DNA of 64,000 bases from Callorhinchus milii. Its lineage: Eukaryota. Shown here piece after piece: positions 37,341-50,069 of the stretch (its first letter is position 1; every line of letters starts with the position of its first letter). Under the pieces are notes generated by a model. That model saw only the letters and a list, made by a program, of their open reading frames with translations. It had not been told where the DNA came from and did no database searches. The DNA lies in the NCBI RefSeq assembly GCF_018977255.1, contig NW_024704742.1, positions 106,640,001 to 106,704,000 of the forward strand, in the 5' to 3' direction. The position numbers and the translations under genes are program-made.

Positions 37341-38527
37341 TGTTGTTGTTGTTATTGTTGCATTAATCTAACACTCTTGTAGTACGTACCTAGAGTAATT
37401 GATTCAATCCCATTATCTTATGCTGTTCTTGTTGCTGAAAGAACTCCTTTCAAATTGGAACAGTCCCTAGGAGCTCAGCTGCTGTTTGGAATCTAAAATG
37501 TCACTCTGCTTGCAGTAGGTGAGGCAATTTTCCGAGAGGTAGGGCAGATTGCAGAGAGACTGTGCGTCAAGTTGAGAGAATAATGAGACAGAGGATCCTC
37601 AAAATTGACAGAAAAGACTTTTGACTAAACGCTTTTGGAACTGCTCTTTCAGAAAGTATCAGCGACTGCCACTGGTGATGCCCAATAAAGGTCATTGGCT
37701 TCTTCACTATTGCACAGTGCTTTGGTTATATGTATGTAAGGGTGGGACCTGAGATAGCACAATTTGCAACACATCAATGGGACTTCTCTTGCAGACAAAA
37801 TATACTGGGCTTTTTGTGCAGTGCTGTAGCGTGGGGTGGGGGAGGTGAAGCATGAAACATTAGTGTTTCAGAAGTGCTTTTATTATACATGAGGCATTGA
37901 ATGAGGTTTCCCTATTAATGTGGGGAGGAGCTACAAATGATCAGGTTAAATGACTGAGAACATGCTTCAAGACTATGATTTTTCTTACTATTGTGTATCC
38001 AAATATTTTATTCATCAACAATTTCTATTATTATTCACTAATAAGCCAGTAACTGAATTTGGTGGTGACTAACAATACAACCTGTAGGAGATGGTGTCAA
38101 CAATACTTCACTGACAATTTCTTTTATATTGCTTATCTGTTGTTCAGTGAAAGACAGATGCACATTTTGAAAAACAAGAACAATGATATTAAATTCAATG
38201 ATAATGTTCAATAATAAATCATATTAATTCTAAGTCACTGTGGACTTTCATACCATCAGGTATGAAAATTAAGAGCTAAAATGAAATAAAGTTTCTAGAG
38301 TTTATTGTGGTTAGGTGACTCCCATCTTGAGTTTTCAAAGTTTTAAAAGATTGTAAAAGGAATGAGGGAAGGGGTTTCCAGAACCTTGTAATGCTGAGCA
38401 GATTAATGAGTTAGTGCAGGAAATAGTAGGATGAGCCTCAATTTCAATTCAGTGAGGATGTAAAGCTTGTGAGGCAGCCTACAGCTTGCTGCTGTAAGAT
38501 GGTAGGTGGGTATTTCAAAAGGATAAC

Positions 38528-38903
38528 AATAATAATAATAATACTCCTTGCATTTGACATAAACCCTTATCACATCTTCGAGACATCTCAAAACGCATCG
38601 CAGATTATATTGTAAAGTGGATTGATTGTATTTTGTCGGCAAAACGCGACAGCCAATTATGCACAACTGTGTCCCACAAACAGTCATGGATTAATTGATC
38701 AAGTTATTACTTTTTTTGATGGGATTATTAACCCCAGAAAAGTAATCCAGCAATTGACTAACAACTGGGTTTCTATTTATTGCTTGGTAAACAGCAGCGT
38801 GCAGAGTAAGGAAACTTGCCTAAGGTTTTGCCTGCCTGGAATCGAACCCGGGTTCTCTCGCTCGCGAGGCGAGCGCACTAACCACTATGCTACAGGACTC
38901 CAC
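38528..38903 (-). mobile_element. Full-length longer-variant tRNA-Ala SINE
   Basis: Same head and tail as the young family with an extra ~60-70 nt central block; loop CTCGCGA. Confidence 0.85.
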
Positions 38904-39020
38904 AGTGCCTGAGTAGCGCTACTCAGTCACTGTACCACTACAGTATTCAGGCACTGTAGAACTGCAATCGATTAATATCATGGAGGTTTAACTCTCTAGC
39001 TTCCTTCTCCTGAAATCACT

Positions 39021-39328
39021 GGAGTCCTGTAGCTCAGTGGTTGAGCACTCGCTTTGCAACCTAGAGACCTGAGTTCAATTCCAGGCAGGGCGAAACCTTG
39101 GGCAAGTTTCCTTACTCCACACGCCTAATAATAATCCCTCCAAAACCAAAAAACAATAATAAATTGGTCATTTTCAATCCACGACTGTTTGTGGGACATT
39201 GCTGTGTGCAATTGGCTGCCGCGTTCGCCCACAAATATACAGTCAATTCACTTTACAGTGTGTTCTGTGAAGCGCTTTGGGACGTCCTCCCGACGTGAAA
39301 AGCGCTATATCAAATGCAAGGATTATTA
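39021..39328 (+). mobile_element. Full-length young tRNA-Ala SINE
   Basis: Matches the 9341-9672 family. Confidence 0.92.
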
Positions 39329-42300
39329 TAGGATTATTATCACGGACTTGTGCTCGGCTACAGTTCCACAAGTGATCTTGTGCTTTCGAAGGTTGAGAAG
39401 AACGGCAATAAAAAGCTTGAAGGCATAATGAGAATGCTGTTACATAATGAAAGGAGTGTTCATTTACTCTTAGCATAAATAAGCTGTTCCACTGGTTGGG
39501 AGCCCATAACCAGGGGACACAAGTATAAGATATCAATATGTAAAAGAGGATTTAGGAGGAACTACTTCACACAGCAATTAGTAAGATTGTGGAACTCACT
39601 GCCTGAAGCATTTGTTCATCAGATAGTGTAGATGTATTCAAGAAGAAGCTAGACATTTAGATGAGGGAAAGGGGAATAGAAGTGTACAGGAGGGAGTAAG
39701 GAATGGGTGGTTGGGCCATCTGGGCTGTTTCAGTGTGGCACGTTCTTTGAAAATCTTTGTAAACTCTCGCAAACTGAAGGAGGTAAAAGCCTTTTCAATT
39801 TTGCACACACTAGTTCATGTTTTATTAAAATTCCCAAGCTGTGAATGGCTAAAAATAAATTTGCTACAAGACCTATCTCATAAAATATTAAACTCTCCAC
39901 CATCTAACTCCACCACATTGAACAAATACAACCAGCTGAGTTGATGAGTGAAAGCATGAAATATCCAAACAATATGGGCACATCCTCCCTGACCCAGATT
40001 TCAAAGGCTCAGAGATAATTCCACACAACGAGCACTGCTGAGCATTGATGGAGAGCGTAAAAGACAGACAGCTGGTGAGAAAGGGAGGAGGAGGAGGCGG
40101 AGGAGGAAAAAAGAAAAAATAAATAATGGATATTGGAAAGTGTAACAGCAGAGCAGTTTCTAGCTGCCAGTTGACCTTTAGTATAATACTGTTGGCTTGA
40201 AATCACTGTTGAGTATCTGAGGTTGCTGCGTATAGTCCTGGGCTTTGCTCTGCCACACAAATACTTGCTCATCATCATGGTGCTTTCTCATGATTAATAA
40301 CAATTATAATAATGTTTGCATTTGATATAGCGCCTTATCACGTCTTTGAGGCGTTTCAAAGCGCTTCACAGGACACAGTGTAGTGACTATATATTTTGTG
40401 GGCGAAATGCGGCAGCCAATTGCTCACAGCAGAGTTCCACAAACAGTCGTGGATTGAGTGACCACACTTTTCTTCTTTTTTTGGAGGGATCATTACACTT
40501 GGAAAGCGATCCGCCAATCAACTAACAACTAGGTTTCAACTTACTGCTAGGTAAACAGATGGGCTTTTCCAGACTCGATAATTTCTTATATTTCTATCAG
40601 ATCAGCTCTTATATTCGCTTATATAGAAGTATCCCATTTTCCTATTTGTATTCCTTTCATTCACTTTGCTGTCATTTAGGTTTGGGCCTTGTGTTTTGAA
40701 TGGGATGGAATGTTACATCTATTTATATGGGAATGGATGTATTCTTTGACATATGTATCAGGATTGAAGCTTCTGTGTAAAAGAAATGTGGCCATGGCAG
40801 GTGTGTTATCTTCTGTATGTAACATGACAGGTATCGCTGGAAGTTACATTTTCCAGGAAGCTATCAGCTAACTGAAGGAGGAATCCACACAAGAATATTT
40901 AGATGTGCAGTAAGGGATTAAAAAGATTTCTTTTATTTTGACAGCATATCAAAAACACAGAGGAGTTACAAAGCCAAACAGGTTTATTTTGCAACATTTG
41001 GATCATATGGTGCCAACCTTCTGTAAAGCAAATCAACCATAAAGGGAAAACAACAACCTTACATTGATTCATTGCCTTTTACGTTGAGAGGACATCTCAA
41101 AGTGTCCTCCAGAACCCAAATGGGTCTCCAGAAAGTAGGGACAGAACAGCTGAAAGATCGCTCCCCAATGATAGGGTCATGAAGCAAGCCAGTGTTGCTG
41201 AGGGGGAGCAGCAAGATCACAAGAGGCCACAGAGGGAGGGAACAGAGAAGATTGACATCATAAAGCATTTAAACTCAATTTCCAGAAGACATTAATTGTT
41301 GGTAAAATTAATGTGTTTATTACAGTCTAATCCCTGATTAGCACAGAGTGTGGTTTATTTTAGAGGGTCTACTTTTACTGAAGGAATCCTATTAAAAGTC
41401 CTGTTAACCTGTAACTCTGTCCAGAAGTAGATTGTGTTGAGTGCGGAGTTCCCACAGGTTGGTATGATGTTCTTCCTGTTACCTGAAGGAGTCCTTTATT
41501 TGTGCAACTCAGGTTCCTTATTAAGGAATCCTGTTACGAAATAGCGCAAACTAGATCCAGTATGGCACTCTCTCTTATAAAAGGAATGAAGGAAATCTAT
41601 AATGTGCCAATTAAAGCACAAAACAATTGCAGGTCATAAACGTTAAAGGCAGTTTTGAGATGAAAATGATTGTAAGTTCTGCATAAATAATAAACCAAAA
41701 AAAAATTCAGCTTCATTTATCTACATTTAGACTTAACAAGATTCTCTTTACTGCGTGAGTTCATTTTAAGAATATATGCATGTACTCGTAAATAACATCC
41801 ATACATCAAAGATTAAATATTATCCAACTTTACTAAAAGATGCATGCAATTTGATACAGGACATTGAAATGACAGCTTTATATCTATGTAAACACAGAGA
41901 AAAAACAGTTACATCCAAAATCATCATCACGTACAATGATTAAATACAAAAACTGATTCACCAAGTAAAATTTTCAGAACAACCAATCTGAAAAAGCTGT
42001 CCTAATGCTTATAGGGAATCATTGTGTGCAGCATGATTCTAGTGGGGGAATTGGAAACCTAGGTCAAGGGCAAAGGCCCAAAGTGCAGGACCAAGTTGGA
42101 AAAAAACCACAAAAGTGAAGTGGTGAGGTAACAGCAAGCAGGAATTTAAAAATTTGCAGGAGAAAATTATGTGGTCCCGTGAAGGAATGCGTTAGACTAA
42201 GCGACTGCAAAATGAGCCTTGATATGAATGAAGTGAGAATGGAGAGTGGCGGAGGATTGTCTTATTTGAAATTGTGAAACAAAGAACGTTCAAAAGAAGC

Positions 42301-44514
42301 AATGAGCAAACTGATACATAGACAGGAGAGGATGCAACAGAGACACAGAAATTTGAAACCAGAGGCTGGGGAAGAAACAATTCCAAGACAGCACATTTCT
42401 TGTAACCGGTCCAAGAGAGGTGTTAGAACAGTATTCCCAGATAAGGCAGCAGTGTTTAAATCTTAGACATATTTAGGCAGTTAAGAATTGCTGAGGGGAA
42501 AAGTGTTGGCACAAAAGAGAAAATCATGCTTCTTGAAAGCACGTTAAGCAAAGGTTGAGCCAGCAAAGATACTGCTGTCAGACTTGCAAAAACACATAAA
42601 ACACGCAGAACAAAATGTAAAGAAACAAGATATCCAACAGCCCATCAAAGAACAAAGGTTTGGTGATTCAGCGTTATATTATGAGGTAAAATTTGTGGTA
42701 AAATGACAAAGCTCTAACTGATTTCAGTTAACACTCTTGACACACTTGCAAAGGTTTTGACAAGTGAAAATAAGACTATGTTCAAGCTGAATGCTGCAAG
42801 TGATCTTGTTCATATTTGCAGCCAGGTTAGTAAAATTGTACTAGTCTGCGTACGTGACCCCACCTCACAGCCCGTTCAGGAAACATGGTGGGTCAAGAAA
42901 TTACCATGTAACTTTAAGCCACAGGCCCCATGATATGTTCATTATGTTCCATAACCAAGTAGGTATTCGTATCTGTTTGAAACCTCTTACCGTTGCACAA
43001 GGCTTTGTTTCTGAATGCCATTTGCAAGCAAACTGATTAAGGTCTGGAGAAGCAGTCTGACTGCAGCATTGGTGACCCCAATTGAATTCTCATCATCCAA
43101 TTTCCCCTTTAAATCAATGGGAAGCAGAAGCTGCTACTTCTATCTTGTGCATGTGCTGAGAGAAGAGCGATGGCCTGAGCTTGCAATATAGCAGTGGGTC
43201 AGAACAGCTTTATTGTATTACGAAAATGATTGAGACTGCTGTACTTATCTGTTACTAATTACTGTAACCCAGTTAAATTCTCATCCTTCAACTTAATGGC
43301 TTATCAGCATTTATAAACTCAATATGGTTTAATAGTATAGGTTTATAAATTGCAATTTTGATTACTAATGGAAAATGACAACCTGTGCTATATTGTTCAA
43401 TATTGATCAGATCAGAGTATTACTTGACATGGTACAGGAGACAAGATCCGATGAAGATTTTAAAAATAGCCTCAGACCATTTTGTACGTCAGAAATTAGA
43501 ATATTTCCAAACTGATTTAAGAAATGTACAATAATTAAACTAATCTTTATACTCTATGATTTTTTTCAGTGCAAACAAAGACTTGGCTTCAATTTTAAAA
43601 CAGGAACGTGTTCTCCCCAGGATTAAACATATATGGTTTTATATGTGACTGTCAAAAACAAAGAGATTACTTCAGTGATCCGAAGAATGCATTTGCAATG
43701 CTGGTGTTAAGTTTCTTTGAAGTTTTTATCATGATAACACAATTTAGTTCGAAGAAATTCCCCATTTCATGTTATTTCCGATCATCATATAACTATTTAT
43801 TTATATATTATTTAAATAAATGTGTGTGCGTATATATTATACATTCAGTACCATGAGATTAAATCAAAAATCCTTTCTGGCTCCAAACAATTAATTCAGA
43901 AAGTCTGATCCAGTTATATAAATGATTGTCTGCAGTGTCCTTATTCAATATAACCCCTGGTCAGAGGCCTGGGAATAGGAGCATTGGCTTCTGTATTTAA
44001 TTAAAGAAAATAACTAAATGAAAAACAGGAAATGAATAATCTAGTTTAATCTATGGATATGATTCTCAAAACTGTGATGGTCAGATTTTTTTGTTCGCAT
44101 TTTACAATAATGGACACTATTTGATTGTTCTTTTGAGATTTCAGGCAGAATTAGCTAATTTAAAGATCTTATTCGACTATTTGGAATAAAGGCAATTCCT
44201 CTTAGTGTCCTAGTTAACAAGCCTTCAAACACCTCATAGCTGTTTTTGGCCCTTTCTGGTGCAAATCAGTGCTGTATTTGCTTCCAAAAACAAAGTCTCT
44301 ACACTTAACAGTAAATACTTTTGAAGCTATTTGAGCCATTTCAATGTGATAATACACTATAGAAGCGCAAACTCATTTAAATTGTTAAAACCTAGCCAGT
44401 AGATTTAACAAAATATTGCTGAATGATTACTTTACTATGATTTAATAAATAATTTTGTTTATCTCAATAATTTTACTGATCTTTATAAGAACAGAACCGT
44501 AAGAACAGAGGCAA

Positions 44515-44925
44515 TAATAATCCTTAGCTTTGATATAGGTCTTACAATGAAATGACTTAAAGTGCTTCACAGTATATTTCTGTAAAGGGCAGCGATTGTA
44601 TTTACAACAATTGCGGCAACAAATTGTTGGACAGTAATATCCCACAAACAGCCATGAAGTGAATGACTACATTTTTACCTGGAAGCTTGATGGCTCAGAC
44701 ACCAGGAGAAATTTCCTTGCCTTTTCGAATAGGGTCATGAGATTTTTAATGCCCATCTGAAAGGCAGACAGGACCTTGGTTTAACGTCTCATACCAAGGA
44801 TGGCGCCTCCTGACAACACAGCACTCCCTATAGCCTGAGCAATGAGATCAACGTCCCAACATAGTGCCTGAACCATCAACTGTCTGACTCAAAAACAGAG
44901 TGTTGCCAACTGAGCCAGGCTGACA
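44515..44925 (-). mobile_element. Old Deu-domain SINE
   Basis: ggtttaacgtctcataccaaggatggcgcctcctgacaacacagcactccc central block; head at 44860-44925. Confidence 0.7.
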
Positions 44926-46852
44926 TCAAGCTGATGCACGATATATTTCACCTGTTGTTGCGTTCGCAAAAGCACACACAAAAAAAACACATTGCATTGG
45001 TGGTAATGAATGGGCTATAGATCTCCAATGGCCTGAAATACATTTTAATGTTTCTAGAACCACAAAGGACGTTTAAAAATCAAAAAGTAAAAGGATTTTG
45101 AGTGAGTTAGTCACACCTCCCCTGTATTTTAATTGGGTCCAGAGTATTTCAAATTCTTTTCATAATTCTTTGCATTTCATTTGCTAATTCCCAGTTCATA
45201 TTATGTGAATGTAAAAGGTGCAGTATTTTACCCTGTAGTCATCTTTAGAAACCAAAACAAACCTGTGGAGGACACTAAGTTGCCTTAGGAAGCCAAGCTA
45301 TAAATAATGGACAGTTATTTGCATAAGATAACAACCTTATTTCACTGGACTTTGAACCCAGTTTAAACAAGCTGTGCCAGATAATGGAGGTGTACAAGAA
45401 TTCAAGATTGTGATGGGCAGTACGTAAATAGAAGACATTCAACTTTTTTCACAAACACAACTTATTGAAAATGAAGAGTGACAGCTAATCCTGATTAATG
45501 TGGATCTTCCATAAGTACAACGTAAATGTGAACATTGAATTAATTGATATCAGTGCATCTGAATTCCAAATTTAGATCAGAAACATCTGAAGGTTCCTGA
45601 TCAAGCCTGTGCACAATACAGGCGACCATTATATTGCACATTGGAAAGTTTCTGGATGAAACAGAATTAATGCAGCCAGCTTTACTGAAACAGCGTTCAA
45701 GTTTAAAACTATTTAAAAGTTTAAAGAAACCAGTGAGAAATTTGTTTAATGCTGGTACTTCCTTAAGTTAGTTACAAATATTATATATACTGTACCTGTA
45801 TTAAGAAGAAACGTTTCATAACATTCAAAAGCTAAAACATACTGCCAAAAAATTGTTGATCTTTAGTTACTCATTCACACACACATACTGACACAGGCTG
45901 ACTTTGACCTGGTAGGCTTCAAGTTACTTTTGGCTGTCATCCTCCCATTCTACAAATGTCAATCATTTTCATTTGTATATGTATTTCACTGATGTTGGAA
46001 AATCCAGGTTTATGAAACATCAGGAATGGACTAGTTCACGTAGTCAGCTTTGCTGAAATTTACTGAAAGTTGAAGCACATTTAGTATTGTTGTTCTCCAA
46101 AAAATCTTTAGGATTTCCAGTCAAAAATCTGTTTGTGGCAGCAAATTAGTGGGAACAAGTTCAAATAGCTGTCTTCTGATATATTTCAAATGGTTTAATA
46201 GTTCAAGTTTCAAGTGTAAACAAAGTCTTCATATAACTACAAACTATGGCGTCAGTTTAAAATGAGCTTTTGGCATTTACTGATGCCCGAACAGCTAAAG
46301 ATTACTTAATTGGTGAATAAATACAGGTCTCAGGAACTATGTATGGACACATACAGTATTTTAAATGTTTGCCGATTATAGGAAACATTGGTATTACTTA
46401 TATATTAATTCTTAAATTAAACAATTGAAAGTGAAATGAAAGTGTCCTAAAGAGGATTTTGATGAGTACATTATTATTGCTACAAGACAAGGGCTAGCAA
46501 TACTTCAGCCATTTTGTATTACACCTGCCATAACTACAACAGTGAAGACCATTTGCCACATTTACCAGTTACCAGTAACATTGGAGCTTCTATTCTTTCT
46601 GGAATGTAAAATAATCCGCCTACACTATCTAATCCACATTAATCCTATCAGAAAGGGCACTGCTTTTGCAACCTGGTGCAGTTTGTATAGAATCAATATT
46701 CCATCAGAGAAGTTTAAATATCTACTGTCAAATTATCCAGTTCGTTGACTCCATCAATCACAATGAAAAGCGGGCAAATATCCCACTGATTCTTGCAGAT
46801 CCAGTGTTGCTCCTTATACCGCTTGGATAAAAGCACCGGATGCTTTTTTATT

Positions 46853-47476
46853 TCAGGTTTTATTTCTACTGAACACACGTTCCCCTCGGAGCGTGAGATG
46901 TTGTAGCTGGTACTGTAGCACTTCTGTGTCTGCAGGTTCCTTGATGTTCATTTTATCCAGGTTTAGGTAATCCAAGGATTTTGACTGGGCCCTCTTACCC
47001 TTAATGAGACAAAGTGGCAAAGGGCCCCGCAGACATCTGCTGGGTTCGAAGGACAATGACTTGACGGTTCTCTCTCCTGAACTTGGCATCCTTCGTCGCC
47101 TTCTCCCATTCGCGGCTGGGATCTCGTACGGCTGATAGTATTGATTCTTGGTTCTGTATACTCGGGAACTTCGTGTCAATCCCACCTCCCGCTGCTTGGG
47201 ATGTTGGCTGGGCAGAGCCTCTGCTACACTTCCCTCACTACCTGACCACCTTTGAGCCAACTTTAAAAGCTCTTCACCTGTAGCAAAACCAACTAAGAAG
47301 TTGGTGTCCATGTGAAGGATCTGATAGCCGGACACAGTGCGTTTGATGGGCGAGCAGGGAGTGCTGGAGCTGCGAGGCCTCTCAGGCTCAGATTTGCCAG
47401 CAGAATTCAGATCCACAGCAGGCGCTGAAAGGACAGACATAGCTGCCCTGGAAATCCCTCCGAGATCCACTTCCAT
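46853..47476 (-). CDS. MACIR: Macrophage immunometabolism regulator (C5orf30, UNC119-binding protein), 207 aa, single coding exon
   Basis: MEVDLGG...SSTPCSPIKRTVSGYQILHMD...YYQPYEIP...SKSLDYLNLDKM...EPADTEVLQYQLQHLTLRG matches human C5orf30 as recalled. Acceptor ctaacag| at 47491/47490 lies 14 nt before the ATG at 47476, so the first ~20 residues of track ORF 46853..47551 are intronic. Confidence 0.95.
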   Translation of the reverse strand: MEVDLGGISRAAMSVLSAPAVDLNSAGKSEPERPRSSSTPCSPIKRTVSGYQILHMDTNFLVGFATGEELLKLAQRWSGSEGSVAEALPSQHPKQREVGLTRSSRVYRTKNQYYQPYEIPAANGRRRRRMPSSGERTVKSLSFEPSRCLRGPLPLCLIKGKRAQSKSLDYLNLDKMNIKEPADTEVLQYQLQHLTLRGERVFSRNKT

Positions 47477-49452
47477 TCCCCAAACGTCAGCTGTTAGACC
47501 AAAGTACAACACAAGACTTATTAGGATGCTAACACTGACGAGCACAGTCATTTAACAAGGTTAAAGACATGGACACAATTTGTGCAATTTTGCCTCTTAA
47601 CAGTACCATATGTTTTAATCAATAACTGGGAAATCTTTAGCTCCTTGCTAAAACAACTCTGAAGAGTCTGAGTGATAATATAACCAGGGGAATGAGCACC
47701 TGGATACAATCTCAATGTCAGACACATTATATAAGAACATAAGAAATGCTAGACGAAGAAAGACCAAGGTCCATCTAGTTCCCCTTCCAACTTCCTGGCA
47801 GTCACATGCACATATGTCCCAAACTACCTATATACTATATCTCATAAGGTTATTTCCTAAAATAAAACTATCTGTTTGAGAGAATCAACACTTCTTGCTT
47901 CAACTGTCTCCCTAAGGACCCTGTTTCATTGGTTCACTGTTCGCTCACTGAAATAGTGTTTGCGTAGATTTGTTCTGAATTTCACCCCCTTCAATCGTAG
48001 GCTGTTAAGTATATAAGTCGAACAAAACCAGTTTCAGTATCAAGGCTGCCCTTGAGCTAGATAATAGCCCCATAAATAGGAACTACTAATACTATGGTTT
48101 ACCTGCACCCAAATGGGGCACAGTAACTTGGGGCGTTCGCCCAACGTGAAAGGTGCATAATCAAATGTAATTTTGTATTGTATTGTAATAACAATAACGA
48201 ACTCCAAACCCCATCACGCCAGTCCTGCCAGGCTCTCTTGATCCGTCACAGATGGATCCTCACGCTCACCTACAAATCACTTTGTGCTTTCATACCTCTG
48301 TACATCTCCAACTTGCTCACATCCCACTCCTCTACCTGCCCCTTTCACTCAACTGCCTTGGGACTTCTGTGCATTCCCTGACTTCTATGCTCCACCATTT
48401 GTGGTCGTGTCTTCAGCATCGATTCTCTGAATATCTGGAACTCCCTGTCTCAATTCCTCAGCCTTCCTTCAAATTGAACCTGAAGATTTCTCTTTGACCA
48501 TGCCTACCATCATCTTCCCTTGGGTCAAACATTGCCATTGATCAGTCTCTGGGAGACTATCCTGCGTGACAGGCACTATATAAATGCAAGTTGTGATAGT
48601 TTATGATTTTGCTCCATTCAACTGTAATATATTTTAAATGTACCAAAAATAAACAAAAGGTTCATTCCGTTGTTCCAGGATCATTCAGTTCATCTGTAAT
48701 TTTTTAACCAGAGATTTTGCCAACGTCCTCTGTCCTGATTGTGTGAAGTTGCTAAAAGCTGTATTTATAATGTGGGCATGTTTGCAAAAGAGAAACAAGC
48801 CAATTACAAATAAACCCATCCATTTAAGAGGTGAAAAAGGCAGATGCCATTTGTACAAATTAATTAAGAGGAATTGGGGTGAATCTTGCAGTCTATATTT
48901 CGAGATCTCTTTAAGTCTCAAATATGAATTGTCAGGATGTTCTTGAAGTGGACAGGTCCCACCCACCATTCTCAAGGCCAACAGCCTGAACCAGGATCTT
49001 GCAATTATCTTTTGGTTCATCGGTTGGTAATCTTTACTTCAGTTTTACTAAACTTTACTAAAACTCAAGAGTAAAGCCGTAATTTTGCGAAGCAACAGTT
49101 CAAAACTGTGATCCCCAAGCCAGAAAACAAATACACATCATAATAACAAGAACAATCTTTGCATCTGCTATAGCTCCTTTCATATCAGGAGGACATTTCA
49201 AAGCACTTCACAGGATTTGTTGTGAAGTGCATTGACTGTGTATTTTATAGGTGAATACAACAACCAATATTAATACAGCAATGTTCCACAGTATCAAGAA
49301 TGGTGTCAAGGGGGGAGGCAGGAGGCAACCCCTAGTATATCCAGGTAATCCATTCTGGATGCTTAAAGAATCTCTAAATTTAGGACCACAAATTTGGCCC
49401 TACTATTTCAACACTTTGGAACTAAACTCAATAGGATAGGATGCAAGGCTTT

Positions 49453-49770
49453 AATAATAATAATAATCCTTGCATTTGATATAGCGCTTTTCACGTCGGG
49501 AGGACGTCCCAAAGCGCTTCACAGAACACACTGTAAAGTGAATTAACTGTATATTTGTGGGCGAACGCGGCAGCCAATTGCGCACAGCAATGTCCCACAA
49601 ACAGTCGTAGATTGAAAATGACCAATTTATTATTGTTTTTGGTTTTGGAGGGATTATTATTAGGCGTGTGGAGTAAGGAAACTTGCCCAAGGTTTCGCCC
49701 TGCCTGGAATTGAACTCAGGTCTCTCGCTTGCAAAGCGAGTGCTCTAACCACTGAGCTACAGGACTCCAC
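49453..49770 (-). mobile_element. Full-length young tRNA-Ala SINE
   Basis: Near-identical to 27051-27368. Confidence 0.93.
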
Positions 49771-50069
49771 TTTATAATCAGGAAAAAGACTTAATTGGAT
49801 AATTTTAAAAATGATGAATGAAGTCAAACCCTCCAGAGGAGACTGTATAGACCACGAGAGCTTTGAATAAAGGTGCTTCACCCATTTGATCACAATTCTT
49901 TCTGATAACCCATTCCAACTGAGTATTCTGTGTGATGAAATACTTCCCAGTATCTGTCCTAAAAATTGTCCTGCACAACCTTGAAGCCGTGCCTCTTGTC
50001 CTGCTGCCTGTGCATGTCCTAAAATATTGTTCTGCGATTACACTCTTTCCAACAAGCACCAAATGACAA

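Noticed and set aside
40600-46850. Hidden gene or ncRNA between PDZPH1 and MACIR
   Set aside because: No convincing ORF, exon chain or RNA fold seen; part is probably MACIR 3'UTR, whose end I cannot fix
47477-47551. Hydrophobic signal-peptide-like N-terminal extension of MACIR
   Set aside because: Spans the polypyrimidine tract and AG acceptor at 47491; the homologous protein starts at MEVD
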